Source: Octopus sinensis (lineage: Eukaryota). Taken from it: a stretch of 64,000 bases of DNA. The first letter of the stretch is position 1, and every line of letters starts with the position of its first letter. Under the pieces are notes generated by a model. It saw nothing but the letters and a program-made list of their open reading frames with translations, was not told where the DNA came from and made no database searches. Shown here piece by piece: positions 12,281 through 23,685 of the stretch. A program made the translations under genes and the position numbers. The DNA lies in the NCBI RefSeq assembly GCF_006345805.1, contig NC_043001.1:102052001-102116000 (forward strand), read 5' to 3'.

Positions 12281-12451
12281 ATTGAAAAATACCTTAGGAA
12301 TAAGAACCCAGGTTTGAAATTTCCCCAAGACACCTGATGAAGGCTGGAGCGTATATCAGCCGAAACGTTGTGTTAACAACAAACAAGATGAGAACAAATA
12401 TCCATTGAATGTAAATAATGTACATAATTCCTCATCTCTTAAAAACAGATC
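12085..12451. mobile_element. Palindromic (head-to-head) pair of Penelope-like termini around an (ATT)n spacer, each with a hammerhead motif
   Basis: Arms 12106-12235 and 12279-~12410 are reverse complements with about 10 mismatches over ~130 nt (manual alignment). Confidence 0.85.
12329..12374 (+). ncRNA. Minimal type I hammerhead ribozyme (intact core)
   Basis: Stem I GACAC/GTGTT; core CTGATGA 12334-12340; stem II GGCTG/CAGCC; GAAA 12362-12365; palindromic stem III AACGTT; predicted GUU cleavage after 12369. Matches the minimal dimer-type HHRs known from PLE pseudo-LTRs. Confidence 0.8.
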
Positions 12452-13756
12452 TGTATTAATGGAACTAATACTGTAATGAATTCATTTTGATGATGTAGAA
12501 TTCTCCATTCTTCTTTTTGATGTCTTCATTATATTTTCTGTTGTATGAAATGCAATGAAGAGGAGTCAGGGTTTACCTAACGAGTGAGGTACTGGTTAAT
12601 TGTTTATCTTTAGTGATTTTGTAAGTTCCTTGTCATTTCATATGGATGGCCAGAATCTGGATTGTATCTGAGTGTTAATAAGGTACCTAGTCCCAAATCC
12701 CTATTCCTTTGTGTTTTGTGTGCGTGAGCTTGTATGTGTGTGTGTAGACAGATACACATATACATACATGCATACATACATACATGAATGCATGCATACA
12801 TATATGTATGTATGTATGTATGTATGTGTGAGTGTGAGCATGTTTGTGTGTTAGTATGCTGTATAGGCATGTGTATATGCATGAGTATATATGTACTGTG
12901 GGGGGGAGGTGTATGAATGTGTGGTGGGGGAAGGTGTATATATGTAATTTGATATTAAAGCCGAGATAGAAATTCAAAGTCTGCTCAGAAGTGTGACTAT
13001 CAAAACATGATGGCCTTTTGAACTGTTTCCATCTCATGCAAGAATTGGTAACCTTTTCAAGGATGTGTATCTAAATTGATAATAATTCTCGAAGCAATTT
13101 CATCAGTGTTGGCATTTAGTCCAAGATTAACCCTGATTAAGTAGATTTCAAACCAAATTGTCATAAAATCACTTCATTTTGTGTATTTATGGCTACATTG
13201 TCTCAAGTGTGTTTCCTTATTTATAGGATAAAGGTGTGATCTGAGGGTGATCTGGCTGTTATTTCAACACATGTCAAACAACCATGACAAGGTTCCTTCA
13301 TTCAATCATTGAGTGAAAGTAAGAAGAAATGATGGATGTGAGCAAGCCCCAAGACAATAAAATGAAGAGGAGAAGGCCTCACTGACTGGTGCTTTGAAAT
13401 GGTCAAACAGAAAATCCAAGAGAAACTACAGTGTAAAGCAGACAATTCTGCCAAGAGGTTTTAGTGACAAACTCAGCTGAGCGTTTTGTTCATGCCAAAG
13501 ATAAAACAATGAGAGATGTTGTGACCATAGTAACATAGGTGGTGCCTTAGGTATTTCCTTTCCCAGCATCTTTGAGAAATCTATTTACTATTCCTGATTT
13601 TCTGTCTAAACTGCATTTTTAAAAATATTATTTACAAATAAATGTTTAGATATATATGTATTCATACATACTTTCATTCATGCAGGCATACATACAGACA
13701 CATGTGTGTGTGTGTGTCTGTGTGTGTGTATGAATATGTGAATATGTGTGTCTGTG

Positions 13757-14150
13757 GCATCATCATCATCATCATTTAACATCTGCTTTCCATGCTGGCA
13801 TGGGTTAGACACACTAACTAGAACTAATAAGCTGAAGAGCAGCCCCAGATTCCAGTTTGATTTGGCAAAGTTACTACAGCTGGATGCCCTTCCTAATGCC
13901 AACCACTCTGAGAGTGAAGTGGGTGCCTTTTATGTGCCACTGGCACGGGTGCCACTTACATGACACTGGCAACAGTCACAACAAGGATTTCACTTGGCTT
14001 GACGAGTCTTCTCAAGCACAGCGTATCACCAGGTGTCTCTGTGACTTGTCATTGCCTCCGTGAGGCCCAACATTCAAAGATCATGCTTCACCACCTTCTC
14101 CCATGTCTTCCTGGGTCTACCCCTTCCACAGATTCCCTTCACAGTAAGAG
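13757..14150 (-). mobile_element. RTE-clade LINE 3' end (ORF2 C-terminus + 3'UTR + (GAT)n tail)
   Basis: Minus translation GRGRPRKTWEKVVKHDL.MLGLTEAMTS.RDTW..AVLEKTRQAK* runs directly into the repeated UTR family. Confidence 0.8.
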
Positions 14151-14284
14151 GTCAGCACTTTTTTTACACATACATATACACATACATACATATATACATA
14201 CACACAACAAATACATGCATACACACAATACATACATGCATACACACATACATACATACATGCATATGCATGTGTGTACGTATA

Positions 14285-14656
14285 TCTCTCTATATATAAA
14301 TGGCAGTTTGTCTGTGTGTGTTTCTGTGTGTCTGTTGGGTTGTACCCTCACCCTGACCACGGCTTTCAACCGATTCTGATGAAATTTGACACACACATAG
14401 CCCAATGTCATAATTCAAAACTAACGCAGCGAAAATTTTGAAAAGTTCCCCCAGTCCTGAAAAAAATCGATAAATTCGACATGGGGTCGAGAATCAGAAA
14501 CACTAACCACAGACTGTCTAGGGGACGCAACTTGACCTTTTTAACTAAAAAAAAAATTTACCATCATTTTTTTTCCATTTTTTGGCTATAACTCTCTAAA
14601 AATGCTTTATAGTTATTTCCCTTACAAACCTGAGCGACGCCGGGCGATACTGCTAG
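14285..14656 (+). mobile_element. Non-autonomous Helitron
   Basis: Starts A|TCTCTCTATATATAAA, ends CCTGAGCGACGCCGGG (hairpin) ...CTAG|T; inserted between A and T with no TSD. Confidence 0.85.
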
Positions 14657-15221
14657 TTATATATTATTTCTATGTTATGTCAGGCTGGTCTTAAGAACCA
14701 TTCAGCTGAGGATGATGGGAATAGTACTGAGGGTGGCTAAAGTTGGAAATCGAGACAGGTACAGCTGTCTTGCTGAAGAGGAGATAACTAACTTAGACAA
14801 AACTCAAAAATCATACATACACGCATACACACATACATACACAGAAACACACATATATGCATACACATATAATACATACACGCATACACACACACACATG
14901 CACATTCATTACATAGATTTCATCTTGCTAAGAGGTTTTTGTGTCAAACTTAGTCTGTTGATGTGTTGTTACCATAGTAACACAGCTGATGTTTCAGCTA
15001 CATTCACATAGTGAATAACTTTGTGGAGTTGGAGGCAAATAAAAGAAACACTTGGGCCAGCTGAAACTGTGATAGTTTCTCTTATACAGCTTATATTCCT
15101 TGGCAAAGCATGAATGGTACACTTAGCACTTGGTTAGATTATAGAACTTTCATAGAAATCAAAAGAAAATTGTATGATTTTGTATCCAAGAATGACAAAT
15201 AAGATCTGATGCTTATATATT

Positions 15222-15459
15222 TTATTTTTAACTACCCACAAGGGTCTAAACACAGAGAGGACAAACAAGGACAGACAAACGGATTAAGTCGATTACATCG
15301 ACCCCAGTGCGTAACTGGTACTTAATTTATCGACCCTGAAAGGATGAAAGGCAAAGTCGACCTCGGCGGAATTTGAACCCAGAACGTAATGGCAGATGAA
15401 ATATGGCTACGCATTTCGCCCGGCGAGCTAACGTTTCTTCCAGCTCGCCTCCTTCATCA
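15222..15459 (-). mobile_element. Young tRNA-derived SINE with 14-bp TSD
   Basis: TSD GATGCTTATATATT at 15208-15221 and 15460-15473; CpG-rich body. Confidence 0.9.
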
Positions 15460-17235
15460 GATGCTTATATATTCGAAATCAGAGAGTTAATAAGGAAACA
15501 AACCCTGTTGAATTTTGGGGAGATAGAAAATGGAGTTATGACATCTTTCCTGAAAGCAAACAAAATAAATATAAATGGAATTTGACATTGAAACAGAGAC
15601 ACTAGAATTCAAGAAACCAGAAGCCAATCTTGAATTTACAGGGAATTTTATATTATACCCTTACAGTGTTACAAAGTCTGAGAATTTTAGAACAGAATAA
15701 ATTGGAAATTATAACATTCACACATTTTCCAATTCCAAGATGATGTGTGAAATTGTTGCCTAAAGGAATCAAAATCAGACCACATACAAGTGATTCACAA
15801 TAAACTTACCTCGAGAATTCAATAGTCAAAGGTTTTGTTGTGCTTTTTCCAAAAGAGAACAGAAAAGAAAATACAGTATTTTTTTGACATTTTTTTTTTT
15901 GTTTTTTAAAATTTTTTTTTAGTTGCGCACATTTATTTGATATTAAGACAAGACCGAATCAATATACATTTTCATACTATAAAAAGTCAAATCATTAGAA
16001 TAACAGATTAAACAATATCAATAAGGTTAACAAAACACAGACAGCCTCGCTTCAATGTGGCTAGTGGGAGAAAAAGCATTAATATTGAAACCAAATAAAA
16101 ACAAAGCTTTGTTTATCAACTAAACATTCCTTAAATGATAAACAAACACTCCGGCTGGTGATTGTTTATCCAGATGTCTAAATATGGTTAAACCCTCAAT
16201 CAAACTTTTATTGCCAAAAGATCAATTTTATCAAGAGGATAAAAAGAGAGGGCATGGGGATGAACTGTGAATGAATTATTGGAAAATATAATAAGCATTT
16301 AGTATTCTTTTAATGTTGTTAATCTCTAATTATTTCTTGTAAATGTATTCTTTGCCAAAGACAACATGGGTGAGACAGATTTGAAAATTCATATTTTTTG
16401 CATTAATTATTGTGGATATGTTGTACTTTGTTACCAGAATTTCAGCCCTAGTTGAGTGGGCACTTGATCAAAGACATTTCAGTTATGACCATCCCTCCAG
16501 TTTTTCTAATATATCACAACAAGAACTATATTAGTCAATATTTCCTTAATTTTTTTCTAAGGCAGTTGCATGTAATTTCAATGAGTTGTTGTACGGAAGC
16601 TCCCTAACTGGGCTACAGCATTCAATATATCCTTCCTGCTTTTAAGACAGTACGAAGTGTTTTAACTGGTGTCTCTAGCATGTCTTTCATTGTTTTTTTT
16701 ATGTGATATTATCTGTTGTATATACAGAGAATGACAGAGTTTTAAAGTCTGCCGTCTTTCTTAGAATCAAACTTGACCCATTTAAGAATAAAGCTGATAA
16801 AGCAGTAGACATCATTTCACTTTAATTAGAGAGAAACCAACAGATCTTCACCCTTTCTCTTTTAAGTACAATAAAGATGGTACACATCAGATCTTTCTGG
16901 ATCGATAATTCAGTCTGCCTCAACAGCCCACCTTCTTTCATTATAAAATTAGATCTTATTATCAATATATTTCCACAAGGCATAAGGCCAGTATACATAC
17001 TATGGACGGTGGGGAATGTGGTGGGGGGCAGTAGCTATTGTAGGCTGACTCACTGTGAATATGTGTCCAATAGTGCTGTCCCCCACCCCAACTCAGTGGA
17101 TGTTAGTTGTACTGTGAGAGTGCAGATAGCTTTTACTAGCAATGCATTGTGCTCATCACTGAATGCCATCAAGATGGATGCCTGTGGTATAATCATTTAT
17201 GAAATCATACCAGCGTATCATTAATACCTATTTTA

Positions 17236-17474
17236 GGTATTTCTTTATTGCCCACAAGGGGCTAAATATAGAGGGGACAAACAAGGACAGACAGAGGGAT
17301 TAAGCCGATTACATTGACCCAATACGTAACTGGTACTTATTTAATCGACCCCGAAAGGATGAAAGGCAAAGTCGACTTCGGCAGAATTTGAACTCAGAAT
17401 GTAGCGGCAGACTAAATATTGCTAAGCATTTCGCCCGGTGTGCTAACGATTCTGCCAGCTCGCCGCCTTCAACT
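17236..17474 (-). mobile_element. Young tRNA-derived SINE with 15-bp TSD
   Basis: TSD TTAATACCTATTTTA at 17221-17235 and 17475-17489 (a third copy at 17499-17513). Confidence 0.9.
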
Positions 17475-18689
17475 TTAATACCTATTTTAATACCAAAATT
17501 AATACCTATTTTACCACCATTAAATGGTGAAATGACTTTGTATTTCATTAGTGAAGACAAACAGATCTTCATGCTTCTCTTTTAAGTAGAATAAAGGTGG
17601 TTTCCAACCTGATGAAGAGAAACCGGTTATGGCTTGAATTCAGAACTGTGGATTAGATGACTCAGTTCCTGTGAGATATTTAATCAGTGGTTTTGCAGTC
17701 TCAGCCATTGCCACAGGAAATAAATGATACTCTGCCAAGTTTGGAATTATTTTGTTTATAGTAGCAACTATCAAATGTTAGAATTATTTCTTGTAAATAT
17801 ATTCTTTACCAAAGACAACATGAGTGAGACAGATGTGAAAATTCAAGTATTTTGCATTAATTATTGTTAGTATGTTGTAGTTTGTTACCAGAATTTCAGC
17901 TCGAGTTGAGTGAGCTCTTGATCAACGACAATCCAGTTGTGACCATCCCATCCAGTTTTTCAAATATATTACAACAAAATTAATCTAACTTTAATAGCTG
18001 TAATTTTTGCTTGATGTTGTCTCTTATGTAACAATTTCAGTTCCGTTGCCACTGTTAAGTCATGTCTATGAGTAGAGTTAAGTTTGGTTGTCTGAACCCA
18101 AAATGGCTAAAAGGATTCCTGTCCCTTTTATTCCCAATGTTAGTTTCCATCAAGGAGTACATCTTTTATCCGCTGCTGTTGTTGTTGTTGTATTACCTTT
18201 TAGAATTGCTAATTCCCATCAGCTGGCTGGTGTCGTATTGCACGAAAGAAGACAGAAACCATTTTTCTAACAAAATACTGAAATCATTTAAAAATTTTAT
18301 GGAATTAAAAAAAGTTTGAATATTAATATATTGTAGAAAAATCTGAATTTGTATTAAGTCCACATGTCAGTTTGGCTTAGAGAACTGAATGTGGTACTTA
18401 ATATAAGATTTAGGGTGAAAACGTAATGAAATGTGGTGAGAAAGAGAGAAGATTGAGTAAGCAGAGTGGAGATATCGGTGTAAGATTATGAATGTTGGGA
18501 ATAGCAGAATCTATAGAGGAATTTCTAAACAACGGATTGAATTAAAGAAGAGAGAATGGTAATGGAACAGACTTGGAGGGAATGGTTAGGCTAGAATCAG
18601 TCTTCCATTTTGAATATGACCTTCAATGTCAGGAATAGGAAGTGCACCATTCCGAATTTGAAAAGTGGTGTTCATAAATTGAGTGTGTG

Positions 18690-19600
18690 GAGATCTTTCT
18701 ACATGATCAGCAGTGTGGCTGCTTGCTTCCTGACTACATGGTTCCAGGTTCAGTTCCACTGTGTGGTGCCTCAAGGCAAGTGTTTTCTATTATCACAAAT
18801 GAACCAAAGCCTTCCAAGTGGATTTGGTAGACAGAAACTGAAAGAAGCCTGTCACAGTGGTGCTCCAGCATGACCACAGCTGCATGGCTGAAACGAATAA
18901 AAGAATGAAGAAATATATATATATATATGTGTGTGTGTGTGCGTGTGTGTTTCTTTGTATCTGTGTTCATCCCTCACCACCACTTGACGGTGTTGGTATG
19001 CTTACATCCCAACAACTTAGAGGTTCACCAAAAGAGCCCAATAGAATAAGTACCAAGTTTTAAAAAATAATAATAATCATCATCATCATCGTCATCATCA
19101 TTGTTTAATGTCTGCTTTCCATGCTGGCATGGGTTGGACGGTATGAATGATGATTGGCGAGCCAGATCAATCTGATCTGTCAATGTTTCTACGGCTTGAT
19201 GCCTTTCCTAACACCAACCACTCTGAGAGTGTAGTGGGTGCTTTTATGTACCACTGGCATGAGGGCCAGTCAGGTGGTTCTGGTAACAACCACGCTCAAA
19301 AGGTGTTTTTTACATGCTACCCGCATGGGAGCCAGTCCGGTGGCACTGGCAACGACCACGCTCGAATGTTGTTTTTCACGTGCCACCAGCACATGTGCCA
19401 GCAAGGCGATTCTGGTCATGATCACGCTCGAATGGTGCTTTTTACATGCCACTGGCAAGGGAGCCAATCTGTGGCCCTAGCAACGATCACACTCAGATGT
19501 GCTTAATAACAAGTACTGGTGTAAATTCATTTGACTAAAAGACTCTTCAGGGTGGTGCTCCAGCATGGCCACGGTCTAATGAATGAAACAAGTAAAAGAG
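18690..19600 (+). mobile_element. CORE-type SINE interrupted by a minus-strand monomer-array RTE-UTR element (19075-19506)
   Basis: SINE head at 18690-18860; its 3' part resumes near 19510 (TTCATTTGACTAAA...GGTGCTCCAGCATGGCCAC); the insert has a (CAT)n tail and about 4 monomers. Confidence 0.7.
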
Positions 19601-21295
19601 AAAAGACAATAGATTTGCAGCTGATTGTTTCAGTAAATTTTGGAACAATTGAACAAGGGGGAAACCGTTTCTGTATTATCCATAGTTTGTCCCTGTCTCA
19701 ACAGCATGTCTGCTGTTCTCCATAAAGGTGTAAATAAACATCAGAAGAGATTTTAGAAAATTGCTATTTTTAAATCTCACATCGAGAGATACTCAGATCA
19801 TGTCATATAGCCAGCTGGAGGTGATGTCTCCTGGTGCTAAATTACTGCAACATTCGTCCTAAACCAGGACTGCCATGTTATGGTGGCAAACAATCTTTAC
19901 TCCATCAGAAGAGATTTGTTCATTGCCGGAGAAGAATCACTGAGTAGATTTGGTGTGGAACTACTCAGAGACTGAGATTAAATATGTTGCAAGTTATTTC
20001 ATTTAATCCCTGGACATAAAACCTTAACCTAGATCATTGATTCCCAGTTGGGGTCCACATGACCCTTGCACCCTTCCTCTCCATTGGTGAGTTGAAGCTT
20101 AGACAGTGTCATGTGACAGTTAGCTAGTGCTGGCTGCTGGAGCTTACCAGTGAGTATTTAAAGGGAAATTTGGTCAGATGATCAATCGTCCACTCATATT
20201 TATTGATGCTGCATCGAAGAAACCAAAGAACAAAAGAAAAAAGCGCACTTAACACCAGAGCTGAAGCCACCTCTGAAAGGATGGCGGGGGTGCCATGTCT
20301 AAAATGGTAGAGTAGGGTCCGAAACCAGACGTGGTTCCTCCAGATGATGACTTTAGCCACTGGATCCTATAAAGGAGCTGTTGAGGTGGCAAACCACAAG
20401 ACATGGTTGGAATTCTTGTTCATTGCAGGAGAAGAATCTCTGAGTAGATTTGGTGTGGAACTACTTAAAGACTGAGATTGAATATGTTACAAGTTATTTC
20501 ATTTTATCCCTGGACATAAAACCTTAACCTAGATCATTGATTCCCAGTTGGGGCCCACATGACCCTTGAGGGTCCATATAAGGTTTTGTTGTTAAAAAAA
20601 TTCTGGCCAATAATAGACTGGTTATAATTCTGCTATACACAAAATGATTAAACATTTATTTTTGATAGAATTCCTAATAATATTGAATCGTAAAAATGGA
20701 ATTGGAGTTTTTAGACATGAAATGGCTGTGAGACCCTTCCCACCTGCTGAGTAAAATAGAAACCAAAAGGGCATCCTAGGCTGTTGGAAATAAATACCAG
20801 ACTAATGAAGAATAATATGACTTACAAAAGGCTAGCTTCCTATCCAGGGGCAGATTTATACACAACCTGTTAAACATCCTGGAACCGGAGCTAATCATTG
20901 TCTCCTAAAAGCACCAGGAGGCTAAGGTAGCATTTAAATTCATTAATTTATTTAAAATTATTTAATTATCAAATTAGATTCACTTAGATGTTGATTCTGG
21001 TTATTATTTTTTATATTTTTTTGTAATTATTTGTGTAGTTTTATAACTTTTAGTTTTATATATTTGTAGCTTTTGGACTATTTAAACGTCTCTGTTCTTA
21101 TGTTTAGATTTACCAATTCCAACTGTTTCCAATTATTTGTTTATTGATTTAAAATAATCTATTTGTCTATTTACATTTCTCAATTCAACTATTTATTAAC
21201 TCCAATTTGATTTATTTATTTGTTTTATTATCAGGAGTTTTATATTTAGAATTATCTCTCAATCTGTTTAGATTTATATATTCACTGTTTGAATC

Positions 21296-21337
<42 letters not shown>

Positions 21338-21664
21338 ATCTGTTTCTCTATTTATATCTTAGATTCATCTTATGTTTCTGGAATTATCTGTTCATGTATT
21401 TAGATTGATTTGTTCAACTTAGATTAATCCACTTTCTTATTTAAATCGATTTATTCATATATTTACTCATTTTGGGCCACATTTCCTTCTATTGTTTTGC
21501 ATTATTCATGTAAAATGCAGAAGCAAAATGGTTTGTGAACTTTTTTTTTAATTTTCTTGGCATTTGAGCTTTGTTGGAGCAATTGTTTTAAAGCTGATTC
21601 TACACACACACACACACTGTCACTCTTCTAACAATTCAATGTTAATTAGCAATGGGCCCTACTT

Positions 21665-22114
21665 TTTACTAAGCTGACCAGAGCAAGTAAGGGTCCATAT
21701 CTTGTCCTACGAAGAAAGGCTGAGGATGCTCGACCTTTATTCTCTTGAAAAACGCCGCCACCGTGGTGATCTCATTCTCGCCCACAACATCATAAGCGGA
21801 AAGTGTAACCTCTCGAAAGAGCTGTTCTTCACTCCTGCTCCAGAGCGTCGGCTGCGGGGTCATTCCGAAAAGCTCTACCTGCAACGATTTCATCTCAATC
21901 GAAGGAGAGGAGCTTTCTCCGTCCGGGTTGCGGATCCGTGGAACAAGCTGCCAGACGAGATGGTGAAGATGCCGACGACCGCTTTGTTCAAAGCCTCCCT
22001 GGACCTCAAGTGGCCTGAACTCTTTACATGAACACCACCCTGTACTTAACTCCATGTCCCCCTACATGGCCTTGCTATTTGCTTTTGAGCCAAATTAACT
22101 AACTAACTAACTAA
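21665..22114 (+). mobile_element. CR1-clade LINE 3' end (ORF2 C-terminus + 3'UTR + (TAAC)n tail)
   Basis: LSYEERLRMLDLYSLEKRRHRGDLILAHNII...RLRGHSEKL...FSVRVADPWNKLP is the canonical CR1 C-terminus; the frame is open over 109 aa; tail (TAAC)x5. Confidence 0.92.
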
Positions 22115-22344
22115 CAATCTCACAGTACAGTAAATATAGTGAGAATTGAAATCATAAGAATGCGGTCACCTGGTGAGGTCAGAATAAAAGTAAAATATGT
22201 TTGAAATTGTCTCCCATACATGCAGAAAAAAGAATAAAAATACCATTTGTCATTGGCTAAGCATTTTTTTCCCCTCACCCATGTGACAAGCATTCTTGCA
22301 CATTCCATACCCAGTTAGTGTGTTGATAATTAATTAGGCTCAAA

Positions 22345-22425
22345 AGAAATGAAGCTAGCATGATCCACTGGATGTGTAATGTCAGTGTGCACACACGACA
22401 GAGTGTAAGTGCCTTGAGAGAAATG
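22345..22425 (+). mobile_element. Small RTE-clade ORF2 fragment
   Basis: Encodes RNEASMIHWMCNVSVHTRQSVSALRE, homologous to 62441-62728. Confidence 0.7.
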
Positions 22426-22485
22426 CGTAAACAAATGAAGAAAAGTTGTGCTCTACAGTTTTGGAAGAAGCTGCATGTTTTTTTT

Positions 22486-22626
22486 ATATCAGTCTGAGTG
22501 AGCCCCACATGACTTAAAGCCTTGTGGGCACCAACAGGACACACCTGTCTGTAGCATCTGATGAGTTAGACTTGTCCTACACACTCATGAAACTTTAAGT
22601 CATGTGCGACTGAGTCAAACTGCTAT
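22486..22626 (+). ncRNA. Type III hammerhead ribozyme-like structure (probably inactivated)
   Basis: Stem III CACATGACTTAAAG (22506-22519) pairs perfectly with CTTTAAGTCATGTG (22593-22606), which directly follows GAAA (22589-22592); core CTGATGA 22558-22564; the cleavage triplet reads GCC instead of GUC. Confidence 0.7.
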
Positions 22627-22774
22627 TAAACGAGGTAAATCAATTAATATAGGATGGTCGCACGACGGAAAATATTCCTATTTTTTATTTATTTGTAGTT
22701 AAGTTTATAAGTTTTTATTGATCTGGGTTTGACAAAAGAGTTATTGCTTGTTTATGTAATGATATTCTTTTCTA

Positions 22775-23135
22775 CTCTAGACACAAGGCCCGAAATTTTT
22801 GGGGAAGGGGCCAATAAATTAGATCGATCCCAGTAAGCAACTGGTACTTAATTTATTGACCCCCGAAAAGATGAAAGGCAAAGTTGACCTCAGCCGAAAT
22901 ACCTATTTCTTTACTACCCACAAGGGGCTAAACACAGAGAAGACAAACATGGGCAGACAAATGGATTAAGTCGATTATATTGACCCCAGTGCGTATCTGG
23001 TACTTAATTTATCGACCCCAAAAGGATGAAAGGCAAAGTCGACCTCGACGGAATTTGAACTCAGAACATAGCGGCAGACGAAATACCGCTAAGCGTTTCA
23101 CCTGGCATGCTAACGATTCTGCCAGCTTGTCACCT
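22775..23135 (-). mobile_element. Nested/dimeric tRNA-SINE (young copy inside or abutting an older copy)
   Basis: Two consecutive CCCC.AAAGGATGAAAGGCAAAGT.GACCTC blocks joined at GAAATAC|CTATTTCTTTACTACCC. Confidence 0.8.
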
Positions 23136-23339
23136 TATTCATGTAATAATATTGATGATAATAAAATGCAGGTAATGCATATCTGACACTGGAAAGGTGA
23201 AAGTAAAAGTTGAAATCTGATAAAATTTGCACTTTGAAATCAAAGAGAGAGAGATGTAGTTGAATTCTTCAAGTATTTTGTTCACCATTTTATCAATTCA
23301 GCTGTCCACAAACGTGGACAGAAACACTGGTTCTGGGGA

Positions 23340-23650
23340 AAAAGGGGTGGCAGTGGTGGGGGTGGGGGTGGTGGTGGTGGTAATATTGCTGGTGACTGTG
23401 GTGATGGTAGTAGTGGCAGTGGTGACAGCAATGGTGGGGGTGGCGGTGGTGGTGGTGATAGTGTTGATTGTAGTGGTGCTGATGGTGGTGGCAGCAATGA
23501 CGAGGACAAAGCTGACAATTATGACAACAATAATGGTGATAATGATAAATATAACAGTAATGGTGATGTTGATGATGATTGCCATTGTTGTGGTCATCAT
23601 CATCATCATCGTCGTCATCATATCATCACACCACCACCATCCCTCCGCCG

Positions 23651-23683
<33 letters not shown>

Positions 23684-23685
23684 TA
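23340..23685. repeat. (GGT)/(GAT)/(CAT)/(CAC) triplet low-complexity tract
   Basis: Direct inspection; source of the poly-V/T/P ORFs. Confidence 0.9.

Noticed and set aside
15810-15842. Candidate 33-nt minus-strand micro-exon (TTKPLTIEFS) with strong AG|GTAAGT donor
   Set aside because: The acceptor is a weak AAG separated from the pyrimidine tract and no partner exons were found; RNA-seq is needed.
16877-17224. 115-aa plus ORF in a unique-looking block
   Set aside because: No recognisable motif; the protein-like minus frame has several stop codons; I cannot assign it without a search.
17600-17635. CTGATGA...GAAAC motif
   Set aside because: Only 3 nt lie between core and GAAA (no stem II) and stem I does not pair.
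20940-21460. Recurrent TTAGATT motifs in AT-rich sequence
   Set aside because: Irregular spacing and no consistent unit; compatible with low complexity.
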